64,000 nt of DNA. Origin: Octopus vulgaris. Taxonomy: Eukaryota. Shown here piece after piece: positions 40,835 to 53,339 of this stretch; position 1 is the stretch's first letter; each line of letters begins with the position of its first letter. Both the position numbers and the translations under genes were made by a program. The notes under the pieces were generated by a model, which was not told where the DNA came from, did no database searches, and saw only the letters and a program-made list of their open reading frames with translations. The stretch spans positions 164,300,001 to 164,364,000 of the forward strand of contig OX597814.1 in NCBI GenBank assembly GCA_951406725.2, written 5' to 3'.

Positions 40835-41003
40835 ATTGGGTCATCCCATAAGTAATGCAGTTTTTTCAATTGCATGAACTAAAAGTCGGAGGAGGACGGG
40901 ATAAACTATCTGCTTCAACTTGCTATAAAAGCAGGTAGTAATTTTACCTTTGTCTTTATTCTTAGTGCAAGTTTTGAAGAGTGCAGTTAGATTTTAACAT
41001 TAT
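40835..41003 (+). mobile_element. mariner terminal fragment
   Basis: ta|ttgggtcatcccataagtaatgcagttttt resembles mariner TIRs. Confidence 0.55.
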
Positions 41004-41279
41004 TATATAAGAGAGAGAGAGAGAGCATGTGTGTGTGTGTGTGTGCTTGCGTATGTTATGTTCCTTATGCATTCCAAAACTGAACTGCCGATTTTGACGT
41101 ATGACGTATCAAAAGATTCAGCAATCTTCCGGCTACCAAATAAACTGGGTTATTATTATTATTATTCAGGTCTCTGCTTGGAATCGAACTCGGAATAATA
41201 GCCCGTGCTCTTAATCACTACGCCATATGCACGTGAGCAATTATGGAGTCAATTTTAGGGCTTATAAATCTAATATTTT

Positions 41280-41962
41280 TCTATCCTTCTTTAATACCGG
41301 TTCCCATATGCTGCTCATATCTGCACTCAGTCTGCTTAGGAGCTTGTTGTGTCCTAGCATATGTGCTGCTTCTTTTAGTTTTTGTACTTTCCAGTGGTGT
41401 TCTCTGTCTATTATTTTAACTTCATCCCACAGGGGGAGATGGTCTCCATTTTTCTATACATGATCAGCTATACCCGATTTATCAATATCTCCTCATGTCA
41501 CAGCTTTGCGATATTCGTCTACCCTTATTTTGAGGGGGCGGCATGTTTCCCATTTGTATAACCTACCACAGCTGCATGGGATGGAATACATGTAATCTTT
41601 GGTTATATTCTCTTCTATTGGTGGTTTTACTCGAAGGAGATATTTGCGAAGTGTTGTATTACTTTTGAACACTGTCCTGATGTCATATGGGCCGCATATC
41701 TTTTGTAGCTTTTCGGAGAGGCCTTTTACATAGGGTAGACAGACTTTGGACAGTTTATTGGTTTCATCCTCTATTTTCTTCATAATTGGAGTGGATAGTA
41801 TGTTTTTGGGGTAATTGTTCTTAGTAGATTGCTATTGAGGTTGATCATTTCTTCGTGGTGTGTATCACGATCGCTACTTATATTCTTTGCACGATGTTTT
41901 GGGCACTGAGCAATCCCTCTCTTTACACTGTATGGATGGTGGGAATTGAAGTTGAGGTATCA
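41280..41962 (-). mobile_element. Penelope-like element remnant (RT C-terminus + GIY-YIG endonuclease)
   Basis: YLNFNSHHPYSVK, LPYVKGLSEKL, MYSIPCSCGRLYKWET.RPL..R..EY, KSGIADHV, KLKEA; contains in-frame stops. Confidence 0.9.
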
Positions 41963-44534
41963 CGGTCAATCCTTGAAGGTAGTTGCACTTGATCCTTCTA
42001 CTACATACTTCTCTCATGGCCAACTCTCACTAGTTGGAAGCAGCAACAATTTACTCATTTCGACACCAACAAAAGATTACACAATGAACATTGTTTACCC
42101 TGAGGTACTTCAAGATTGACAGAAATTATTATGAGAATATATCTTTATATTTATTGTTTACTAATCCGAATGAGAACAGCAGTAACCCGGGCAAAGCCGC
42201 GTCATTCAGCTAGTACTTAATAAATATTTGAATGTCGGAGGCTGAAATCATATGTAACGATCGTAGAAGAGATAATTAATAATGGTTTCAAATTTTGGCT
42301 CAGAGCCAGCAATTTTGGGGGAGGGGATGAGTTGATTACATCAATCCAGCTGGTACTTATTTTATCGACCTCGAAAGGATGAAATGCAGAGTCGACCTGG
42401 GCAGAATTTGAAATCAGAACCTGAAGACGGACAAAATGCCGCTAAACATTTTACCCTGCTCAATATTCAATTTCACCCTATAGGTGAACATAGATACTGA
42501 GCGATGCATGAATCTTATAATGATCTATTCTGAACGTATCTTCAAGAGTTCAGCTTATGCCATATTCAAAAAGGTAAAGTTTTAAGGAGATTCATATATT
42601 CAATTTAATTTGATGATGTTATCAAATGTAATGATTTTAGAGGCAAAAAGTTACACATTTTCTGGATTATGCTAAATGTATTATAGAAAATTTTTTTAAT
42701 CATTTGGTTATTGACAAAAAAATTGGTATCTTTCTCCTTACAATTCAATCTTTTGCATTAATTTAATTATGTTTATGATGACAAATACGCTTTTTTTTTA
42801 GCATTCGGTGCAGACGTGACTGTGTGTTAAGAAGTTTGCTTCTTAACCACAAGGTTTTGGATGCAATTCTTACTACCTGGCACCTTGATGAAGTGTCTTT
42901 TACCATAGCCTCAGGCCGATCAAAGCCTTGTGAGTGTATTTAGTTAATTGAAACTAAAGGAAGCCCGTCTTATGTGTGTTTATAATGGTGGCGCTGCAGC
43001 ATGGCGACGTCTCTAGCCGAAACCAAGAGTAGAATATTTTATTGTCGGCCATTTTATAAACCTAAAGCAAAAGATCCCCTTCCTTTTTGAATAATGGTAG
43101 AATCCCACCTTTGGTGGTAAACAATGACACCCACTATAACCAGCACTGCATGGGATGGTTGTTTAAGTTTCGAGTCGTGTCACTTATTGATGTAATTATA
43201 CTAATCTCTTAAATTATTTGATGACACTTGAAAGTTTTCCCTTCATGCACGCCCTATCCAACTATAACAATAGTCTCTAATTGTTTCTCCCTTTAAAGGC
43301 GGAAACTTCTTATTTCCGCTTCATAATGTGTTTTGTTAGTAAAGGATCAGCGATAGGTATGATCCTCTTGATAGCAATAATTTTCATGAAATACAATTTA
43401 TATAAGAAGTTGTAGTAGTAGCAGCAGCAGTCGTAGTTTTTATTGTTTTCGATGGTACTTGTAGTGTTTATGATGATGATGTTGTTGTTTTATCTGAGGT
43501 CAGCTTTGAATGACCAGATATATGATGAAAGGCACTCTAGCTGTCTTGTCATTTTATATTCAGGAAACAAAACTCTTACGGCATTGGTTTAACACTACAG
43601 CGCTCAGCATGTTGGTAACGGAATTGTTGAGAGCCGCATGGAGCGTCCTTATAACTGATACAAGGCCACAAGTTAACAGTGCTTATGTTATGTATAAGTG
43701 TGTGTGGGAGGATTTATTATATAATTAACAATCTTCAATACATATAAATGGTATTTGCTTTATAGATGGGAAATGGATTAGATCTCAAAAGTCGGAGGTA
43801 CAAAACTATATAATGGATGGCATTTAATTCAATACCTTGAAGCAGACAGTTCAGAAACTGGGGTAAATTTCCTCCCTCTGTAGATTTTCGTTTACTCAAG
43901 GAATAAATTTACTAATTCTGGAACTGTATATATTTTTGTCAGTTATGCTGTGTTTGGTGAGGGTCATTATGTCAATCATAAACATACACACTGGTTCTAC
44001 TTAACTTCTTTCTATAGTATTTGTAAATCAGTTAAACGTTTAACCAATTAGTTAATTGATTGTTTGATTAATCGCTCCGCCAATCAATCAACAAGGTTCA
44101 CCAAAGTCCTTTCGACCCCATTCGTGACTTCATCAGTGATATATCCTCTTTACTTCAGATCTATTTAAAGTCGAGAAGAAAATTTGAAGTAGGACAGCTT
44201 TCTGAAAAAATACTAATTTTCTTTCTTTCTTACCACTTTGGATTTAACGATTTGTATTGTAGCTTTCTTAATTACTGTATTACTAATGGAATAATAGTCC
44301 AATTCAAAAGACTGGGTTTAGTTGTTACTTTTGTGTCGAATGTTTTACTCTGGCAAAAGCATAAACTCTTTTATTGAATAAAAGAAATTGAGGATAAATT
44401 TACTTAAAAAACTTGCTAGGATGGAGGGGTAGTAAATTGTACGAAAAAAGTAGGGAACTACTGCTTTAACATTTCTGTTATAACACTGTTCTATTATAAA
44501 TAATATGGGAACCACTCCAGGCACAATACTAACA

Positions 44535-44567
<33 letters not shown>

Positions 44568-44604
44568 AACTGCTACTGCTGCTGCTGCTGCCGCCGCCAC
44601 CACC

Positions 44605-44664
<60 letters not shown>

Positions 44665-45004
44665 GCTACTGCTACTGCTGCTGCTGCTACCGCTGCCGCC
44701 GCCAGTGCACAGCTGGTACTTACTAAATCGACCCTGAAAGGATGAAAGGCAAAATCAGCCTCAGTGGAATTTGAACTCAGAAAATGATCTCGCATTTCTG
44801 GGAAAGAATGGGAGTTGGATTAATCGATTCTTATTTTTGAACAGTAATTATATTATTTATCTTGGAGTGATAAAAAATAAAATCGACTCCGATGGAATTT
44901 AAACCCAGAATGTGAAGAGATATTGAATAAAACAAAGTATTTTCCCTGCTTTTCAGCCAATTTTGACATAACCTTACTCCTTCGTAACAACAACAACAAC
45001 AACA

Positions 45005-45035
<31 letters not shown>

Positions 45036-45889
45036 CAACAACAACAACAGCAGCAGCAGCAGTAATACGAACAATAACAACGATTTTCTGATATAGGCAC
45101 AAGGTCAGCAATTCGGTGGAGGGATCTAGTCGATGCAACCGACCCAAGTATTCGATTGGTATTTTATTTTATTGATTCCAAAGGGATGGCGTAAAAATAT
45201 CTGTGCAGGATTTAAATTCAGAATGTGGAATATGGAAAGGCATTTTTTTCCGACGGTTGAACAATTATGCCAACCCGCTGCCCCAGATAGGCTCCTTCCC
45301 AAGTCACATAGACCCACGAGACCGGTTTCCCGGCTTTTCTGGCGTATATGCTCTCCCACTGGACGAGACGCCGGCCCATCGCAGACAACTTATTTTTGCC
45401 AGCTGAATGGATTGGAGCAACGCGAGATGAAGTGTTTTGTTCAAGAACACAGCGCATTGCCTGGTCCAGGAATCAAAACCCTAATCTTACGATCATGGGT
45501 GCAACATCCTAGCTGCTAAGCCATGCACCTCCACACTACCGCCTCAGATAATTGCTTCTAATTTAGGTACAAAGAATGGAGAGGGTTAATAGAAACTGTT
45601 TACTCCAGTACTTGATTGGTTTCTATCTTATTGACCAAGGAGGGATGAAATGCAGAGTTAAGCTCAATGCGATTTGAATTCAGAACATAAAGAGATAGAA
45701 TAAATACCAGAAGGCATTTTACCGACGTTCTAGCAACTCAAACATTTATTACTCCAGGTTTCTTTTAATGTAGGTGCAAGGCAAGGGATTTGGAGGGAGG
45801 AGAACAATCGATTATATTGACCTCAATACTTGACTAGAATTTTTTTCGACCCCAACAAGATCCCTCGGCGGGATTCCAACTCAGACTGT

Positions 45890-46450
45890 GAAGAGCTGTA
45901 ACTAAATATTGGTTTCAAATTTTGGCAGAAGGCCAGCAAGTTCGGGGAAAGAAAAATCGATTACATCGACCCCAGTCCTCAGAGGTCGATGGATAAAAAG
46001 CGAAGTCGAAAGGATGAAAAGTGAAGTCGACGTCTGCGGAATTTGAACTAAGAACATAAGGACGGACAAAATGCCACATGCTAACGATTCTGCCAGCTCG
46101 CCGCCTTAGCTTCAACAATATATTGCAAATCATTTGTATAACGATCTGACAATCTTTCTAATCCAGTAAGTATAACAATGCTGATACGATGTTATGATAT
46201 TGATGATAATTTCTAATAAAAAGGTGGCGAGCTGGCAGAAACGTTAGCACACCGGGCGAAATGCATAGCCGTATTTCGTCTGCCGCTACGTTCTGAGTTC
46301 AAATTCAGCCGAGGTCGACTTTGCCTTTCATCCTTTCGGGGTCATAAATTAAGTACCAGTTACGCACTGGGGTCGATATTATCGACTTAATCCGTTTGTC
46401 TGTCCTTGTTTGTCCCCTCTGTGTTTAGCCCCTTGTGTGCAATTAAGAAA
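45890..46450. mobile_element. Inverted pair of family B SINEs (45890-46107 -, 46222-46450 +)
   Basis: Head-to-head copies about 115 nt apart. Confidence 0.8.
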
Positions 46451-46605
46451 CAGATAATTTCTAATATGGACAAAAGGCATTTCGTGCACGCGGAGAGAAT
46501 TTTTGATTATTTCAACTCCCAGTACTAAACTGGTTTTATTTTATCGTGCCCGAAAGGTGGGAATTGAAAACAAAATCTTGTTTATAATTGTTCTTATTTC
46601 ATGAT

Positions 46606-46690
46606 TGGAAATCTTTCGTCACACACCTCCAACCTCTTCAGCGACTCTCCATCATTGAAGAGGTCACAGGTGTGTGACGGAAAATTTCTA
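46606..46690. ncRNA. Isolated about 33-bp stem / 15-nt loop hairpin, candidate pre-miRNA
   Basis: gaaatctttcgtcacacacct-cca-acctcttca pairs with tgaagaggt-cac-aggtgtgtgacggaaaatttc. Confidence 0.4.
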
Positions 46691-46794
46691 GGCAATGGAC
46701 ATAAAAGCGAAATCAATAACAGTAAATATTATCTTTCCCTTCGTAATCATTGTTTTGATTAATACTATATTTTTAATACTTCATGCACCGCTAG

Positions 46795-47083
46795 GAAGAC
46801 AGTACGAGCAGCTCTCGGAAAATGCAGCAATCCACAAGAGAAAGCACCCAATCAACAATGGAATGTTTGTTCCCAGGGAACATACGAAATGGTTACATTA
46901 TCACCAAGTCTCCATACTATCCGGGTAGCTATATAACATTCACGTGTTCCTCGGGATTTTTCATGGTAGGTTCACCTTTCATGAAATGTTCGGTTAAGTC
47001 AACCTGGATCGGCAGCTTACCACGATGTGTTTCACTGGATTTGTCAACCAAATTTAACCTTAATTCATCTGATATCACTCTAG
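46795..47083 (+). CDS. Sushi/CCP-domain exon of a single-pass membrane protein
   Basis: Acceptor ctag|GAA; ATG at 46822 (aaaATG); CLFPGNIRNG...YYPGSYITFTCSSGFFMVGSPFMKC...W.GSLPRC is a canonical 4-Cys + Trp CCP; donor AG|GTAGGT, phase 1. Confidence 0.88.
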
Positions 47084-48297
47084 GTAGGTTCATTCATGGC
47101 TTTCAATAAGCATTTATCATTTTAGATAAGGATATATAAAAAGATAAAATCATAGATAGCAAAATTCAGATTGCAAAATTGTCGGAGAATAAGTGACTTT
47201 GAAATCATAATCACTGTGTACTAACCATCTTGTTGGTACATAGCTGACCCACTAGAACTTCAGTGTTCCAATTTGAGTAATAAGGGGACAAAAGAGCTTC
47301 AAGTCGAGTAAACTTGGGATTTGAAACTTCCAAGAGTTTAAATGTGCCTCGGGAGCGTTTAGTGGAACAATTTGCATTCCATTCGAAGTATGGTCCTACG
47401 TTGCAAAAGTTGCTCCAGTAGAACTTAAACCACTTTTAGATCTTGTGCTGCATATTGTTTCACAAAAGACCAATAAATAAGAAAACCTAATCGAGTTATA
47501 GCGTTAGAATAGTCATTTACAGAGTGTTTGTTGGTGGACTTGATATTAGACATTGTGAACAAAACATAGGGCCGTCGCAAATAGATGCTTTAGTTTAAAG
47601 GGAAAAGATCCCCTTCGGTCATGAATGACCATAGAATGCACCTAGAAAGTTCCCCTCTGAGGTACAACTCTGGGCAAGGTTGTTTATGGAAACCAAGCAG
47701 TCGCCCATGCATACCAGCCTCTCCTCTCCACACGACGGACGTTATCCAAGGGAAAGGCAAAGGCCGATACAACTTGGTACCAGTGACGTAATTTCTACAA
47801 CTGAAGCAACGTGAAATAGTGTCTTGCTCAAGAATACAACACAGAGCCCGGTCTTAGAATCGAACTCTACCGCATGGTTGTGAGTCCTACACTCTTACCA
47901 CTGAATCTTTACTTTACTCAGGGATTATTTCAGACGCCTGCGCAAAGTAAAGTCAAACTCAATATCTATACATTCAATGCATCGTAAAGAAAGGCTAAGT
48001 TGAATAAAGCTTTAATGTAAGCTCTATGCATTTGTGCTTTTATATAACCTCTGTTGAAATGATGATGATACTATTACACAGATTATATGACTAAAGGAAG
48101 ATCATTCAAACGTAACTTCAGTTTGGCTAAAAGAAAAATGATTCAAAGCTTGTATAGAATGTATGTAGATAAAAAGAGAGACGATATTTTAATATAAATC
48201 TTCTGTGGTCAAAAAGAGAAACAATCTCATAAGACAGAAAACCTGTTTATCTATTGTTAAATCAGATCGTAATTATAATCTGTTTATATCATTGCAG

Positions 48298-48388
48298 TTC
48301 CACGTTGGCTTCTAATCGCCCTGTTTACAATACTAGGATTCTTTCTTATGATTTTGATGATTTTATTATTCTACTACTACTGTTGCCG
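48298..48388 (+). CDS. Transmembrane exon of the Sushi protein (absent from the ORF track)
   Basis: attgcag| ... CG|GTAAGT; phase 1 in, phase 2 out; VPRWLLIALFTILGFFLMILMILLFYYYCCR. Confidence 0.88.
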
Positions 48389-48544
48389 GTAAGTAATTCA
48401 ATCTTGACAGAATGAATACCAGTAATTCAGACAGGTCAAACGAACTGTCGAAATTTGTTCTTTATAAAAATTGTCTTGGAATTTAATCCCAAAAATATTA
48501 ACATTCATTTAAATGAATAACGTAAGTGTTATGACTAGTAATAC

Positions 48545-48748
48545 TCTTTTCTTTTACTTGTTTCAGTCATTTGACTGCGGCCATGCTGGAGTACTGCCTT
48601 TTAGTCGAGCAAATCGACCCCAGGACTTATTCTTTGGAAGCCTAGTAATTATTCTATCGGTCTCTTTTGCCGAACCGCTAAGTAACGGGGGACGTAAACA
48701 TACCAGCATCGGTTGTCAAGCGATGTTGGGGGGACAAACACAGACACA

Positions 48749-48841
<93 letters not shown>

Positions 48842-48988
48842 GACAGGCTTCTTTCAGTTTCCGTCTACCAAATCCACTCACAAGGCTTTGGTTGGCCCGA
48901 GGCTATAGTAGAAGACACTTTCCCAAGGTGCCACGCAGTGGGACTGAACCCGGAACCGTGTGGTTGGTAAGCAGGCTACTTACCACAC
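48545..48988 (-). mobile_element. SINE family A
   Basis: Full reverse-complement match to family A. Confidence 0.88.
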
Positions 48989-49056
48989 ATGCAAATACCT
49001 GCACACATGCACGTACGCATGTGCGCGCATGCATGTGTTCACGGTATGGTGAAAAC

Positions 49057-49466
49057 GGCGAGCTGGCAGAAACGTTAGCACGCCGGGCGAAATGCTTAGC
49101 GGAATTTCGTCTGCGTTACGTTGTGAGTTCAAATTCCGCCAAGGTCAACTTTGCCTTTCATCCTTTCGGGGTCGATAAATTAAGTACCAGTTACGCACTG
49201 GGGTCGATGTAATCGACTTAATACGTATGTCTGTCCTTGTTTGTCCCCTCTATGTTTAGCCCCTTGTGGGTAATAAAGAAATAGGTATTTCGTCTGCGTT
49301 ACGTTGTGAGTTCAAATTCCGCCAAGGTCGACTTTGCCTTTCATCCTTTCGGGGTCGATAAATTAAGTACCAGTTACACACTGGGGTCGATGTAATCGAC
49401 TTAATACCTATGTCTGTCCTTGTTTGTCCCCTCTGTGTTTAGCCCCTTGTGGGTAATAAAGAAATA
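49057..49466 (+). mobile_element. SINE family B with duplicated 3' portion and 16-bp flanking direct repeat
   Basis: Segment atttcgtctgcgttacg...taaagaaatagg occurs twice; ggtatggtgaaaacgg on both sides. Confidence 0.88.
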
Positions 49467-49599
49467 GGTATGGTGAAAACGGACGGAGAGAGTAAATATT
49501 AGAGTTATGAATGAGTAGTGAGGACAATTTCACCGACAAAACCTTCCATGATGAGGTTCCCTTTTAGCCGTTGTTCGTTGACTGAAACAAGCAAAAGAG

Positions 49600-49637
<38 letters not shown>

Positions 49638-49758
49638 CTCTTTTACTTGTTTCAGTCATTTTGACAGCAGCCATGCTGGAGCACCACCTTTAGTCGACCA
49701 TATCGACTCCAGGACTTATTCTTTGTAAGCCTAGTACTTATTCTATCGGTCTCTTTTA

Positions 49759-49808
<50 letters not shown>

Positions 49809-50364
49809 GTGTGTATGTATGTATGTATGTATGTATGCATGTATGTACATATGTATGTAGGTGTGTATTTATATATATAATGCACAAGTGTTATATATGT
49901 GTGTGTATACGTATGTATGTATGTACATATGTATGTATGTATGTATGTAGGTGTGTATTATGTATACATATGCATATATATATGTATATAATGCACAAGT
50001 ATTATATATATGTGTGTATACGTATGTATGTACGTAAGTATGTATGTGTGTATGTATATATAGCAAAACACGAAAATGGAAATTTTGGAGTATTATTTAT
50101 TCACCATTACACATGTTTCATTTGTTAATATGAATTACAGGGTTTTACATGTTAGATAGACATATAAGAAATTTCCTATAAGAAATTTTTTCTGAGAGAA
50201 ATTTTTTTATACAATAACTCTGCAAATAGCATTTCTCTAATTCACAATTTTAATATGTATTTTGACAAATGTACAGTAGCAATTGAGGCTACATATTGGA
50301 TTGTAGCAATGGAATAGTCAGATGTTATTTAAGATGAAATAGTTGGGATTCATCTTAATTATCT

Positions 50365-50414
<50 letters not shown>

Positions 50415-50416
<2 letters not shown>

Positions 50417-50580
50417 GCGCAGGAGTGGCTGTGTGGTAAGTAGCTTGCTTACCAGCCACATGGTTCTGGGTTCAGTCCCATTGCGTGGCATCTTGGGCAA
50501 GTGTCTTCTGCTATAGCCTCAGGCCGACCAAAGCCTTGTGAGTGGGTTTGGTTGACGGAAACTGAAAGAAGCCCGTCGCA

Positions 50581-50614
<34 letters not shown>

Positions 50615-50832
50615 CGTGTATGTTTGTGTGTCTGTGTTTGTCCCCCTAGCATTGCGTGACAACCGATGCTGGTGTGTTTACGTCTCCGTCACTTAGCGGT
50701 TCGGCAAAAGAGACCGATAGAATAAGTACTGGGCTTACAAAGAATAAGTCCCAGGGTCGATTTGCTTGACTAAAGGCGGTGCTCCAGCATGGCCGCAGTC
50801 AAATGACTGAAACAAGTAAAAGAGTAAAAGAG

Positions 50833-50907
<75 letters not shown>

Positions 50908-51432
50908 TTAAAAAAGTAAATAAATTTGGAAAAGCACAGAAGTATATTTTCGAGAATGTTTAACATTTTTGTTACAGTGAGTCATTTAAAATATAACCGG
51001 TTTCGATGTATCCATTTTTCAAATAGGCGCAGGAGTGGCTGTTTGGTAAGTAGCTTGCTAACCAACCACATTGTTCCGGGTTCAGTCCCACTGCGTGGCA
51101 TCTTGGGCAAGTGTCTTCTGCTATAGCCCCGGGCCGACCCATGCCTTGTGAGTGGATTTGGTAGACGGAAACTGAAAGAAGCCTGTCGTATATATGTGTA
51201 TATATATAAGTGTGTGTGAATATGTTTGTGTGTCTGTGTTTGTTCCCCTAGCATTGCTTGACAACCGATGGTGGTGTGTTTACGTCCCCGTCACTTAGCG
51301 GTTCGGCAAAAGAGACCGATAGAATAAGTACTAGGCTTACAAAGAATAAGTCCTGGGGTCGATTTGCTCGACTAAAGGCGGTGCTCCAGCATGGCCGCAG
51401 TCAAATGACTGAAACAAGTAAAAGAGTAAAAG

Positions 51433-51434
<2 letters not shown>
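50415..51434 (+). mobile_element. Two full-length family A SINEs in tandem (50415-50832, 51025-51434)
   Basis: Both start ggcgcaggagtggctgt and end aagtaaaagagtaaaagag; each is followed by the same (TA)(TG) tract and about 120-nt segment. Confidence 0.9.
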
Positions 51435-51481
<47 letters not shown>

Positions 51482-51862
51482 AGTTAAAAAAGTAAATAAA
51501 TTTGGAAAAGCACAGAAGTATATTTTCGAGAATTTTTAACATTTTTGTTACAGTGAGTCATTTAAAATATAACCGGTTTCGATATATCCATTTTTCAAAT
51601 ATTGAAAAGAATTTTGGGGGAAACCAAAGAGGAAAAAAATTAGGGGCTCACAGTTTGTTCTAAAAGCATGGGTACAGAATGATAACTCACTAAATATTTT
51701 TTCCCCTTTGACTTCCCGAAAATTCTTTTTAATATTTTTAATATTTGATGTGATTGACACATCGAAACCAGTTATATTTTAAATCACTCACTATAACAAA
51801 TGCATTAAACATTCTCTAAAATATACTACTGTGCCTTTTCCAACTTTATTTACTTTTTTAAC
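51482..51862. repeat. Diverged about 160-bp inverted repeat with decayed hammerhead-like motifs
   Basis: agttaaaaaagtaaataaatttggaaaagcacag... is inverted at ...ctgtgccttttccaactttatttactttttta; GAAACCGGTT/GAAACCAGTT motif in both arms. Confidence 0.8.
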
Positions 51863-51981
51863 AATAATTTTTGATTTGTATGAACTCTTAAACTCATTTC
51901 AACTATACATGCATACATACATACATACATACATACATGCATACATACATACATACATACATACATGCATACATACATACA

Positions 51982-52017
<36 letters not shown>

Positions 52018-52019
52018 TG

Positions 52020-52231
52020 GGGACGGCATGATAGATCGTTAGCTCCTACATGCATTTTTTCTCTCTCCTTGTTTCTATCCTTGTTTTTTTTCTGTGTATC
52101 TTTCTGTTGAAGAGCGTAGGCTCGAAACCTAAAAGACTTTTTCTATTTCTATTCCTGAGCACCATACTAATACATTTGTTTGTTTGTACTCCACTTGCCT
52201 TCGTCTTTGGTTTATTTTCGTAAACCTTCCC

Positions 52232-52236
<5 letters not shown>
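52020..52236 (+). mobile_element. P1-related (TA)n-targeted element with hammerhead-like motif at 52099-52136
   Basis: tcttt-CUGUUGA-a-gagc(gtag)gctc-GAAA-cc-UA-aaaga, then ttcctgagc as in P1; ends at (TA)n. Confidence 0.6.
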
Positions 52237-52294
<58 letters not shown>

Positions 52295-52295
52295 A

Positions 52296-52386
<91 letters not shown>

Positions 52387-52479
52387 CTGTGTCTATTTAT
52401 GAGAATTCATAAGCTACAATGAAAGGACAATCAGATTAACACAGCAGATGTTTAGACTGAACATCTGTAAGTCAATATC

Positions 52480-53050
52480 TGCTAGGAAAAGGAGACTAAA
52501 GACGTAAAAAAAAAAAATAAATAAATAAACAGGAAAAACCAATCCCGAGATCTTTGTACATGTTTGCAAAAGAAAGAGCATTAGTGTTTCACACAGTAGA
52601 ATCATTGTTTGATTGCGGATCCCATCAGAGAGTAAGCGAAATACTGAATGAACAACTGGAAAGGAAATAGCTCATTAACCACCACCTGATCAGTCAGCGA
52701 TGGAGAGTACTGGTCGCATGATGACATCGCTGGTATCTTTGGGACCACTAACCTGGAAGGATCCCAACCCCATCAAGTAAGAGCATGAAGCAAGCAAACA
52801 AGCCAGATGGGTTATTTAACACTGTAATTTTGGACAGGGAGGTTTACTTCGATTTAGAAGATTACTCCAATTCAAAAGTGGTAGATTATTTCGATTTGAA
52901 AGAGGAAGATATTATGCCGGCCCTGTATAAAGTGAGCATATCCATGACAACATGCTCTGGCAATTTCTGAAATTCCCTCAAAAGCATGCACAATGGTTCT
53001 AGCAAACCACATCAGATATCTTTCGAAGGCTTCCTTGCAAATTCTTCCCA
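52480..53050 (+). mobile_element. Possible very old LINE (CR1/L2-like) fragment
   Basis: Coding-like composition with stops; EEDIMPALYKV...LKACTMVLA..IF-like pre-RT segment. Confidence 0.3.
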
Positions 53051-53339
53051 AGTTGCAAAAGTCGATAATGAATGAAATTATTCAAGCTGTTAGTAAATAA
53101 AAAGTCCTCTACATATTGATCACACCTTGTATTAATATATGAGTAGAATATGCTTCGTTAAGGAAGTCATAGAATACCAAAAAGAGGTTTATTTGGCTGT
53201 ATAGACGAGATCAACTCCACTCTGCATAGTTTATTTTTTCGATTAACTACACTTATTGGAGTTATCGTTCTTGTTTGTTGGTATTTGATTTCAAACATTC
53301 CTAATAAGTGAGTAGATGCACGAAGAATGGGGAAAATAA

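Larger units (their letters stand above)
40427..42213 (+). mobile_element. Non-autonomous Helitron with nested fragments
   Basis: 5' A|TCTATATATATAAT; 3' aacccgggcaaagccgcgt hairpin + CTAG|T; internal duplication 40500-40595 vs 41055-41145. Confidence 0.65.

Noticed and set aside
43765-44380. Candidate upstream coding exons (acceptor-like sites at about 43765 and 44158)
   Set aside because: Frames close or lack a signal peptide and a phase-0 donor.
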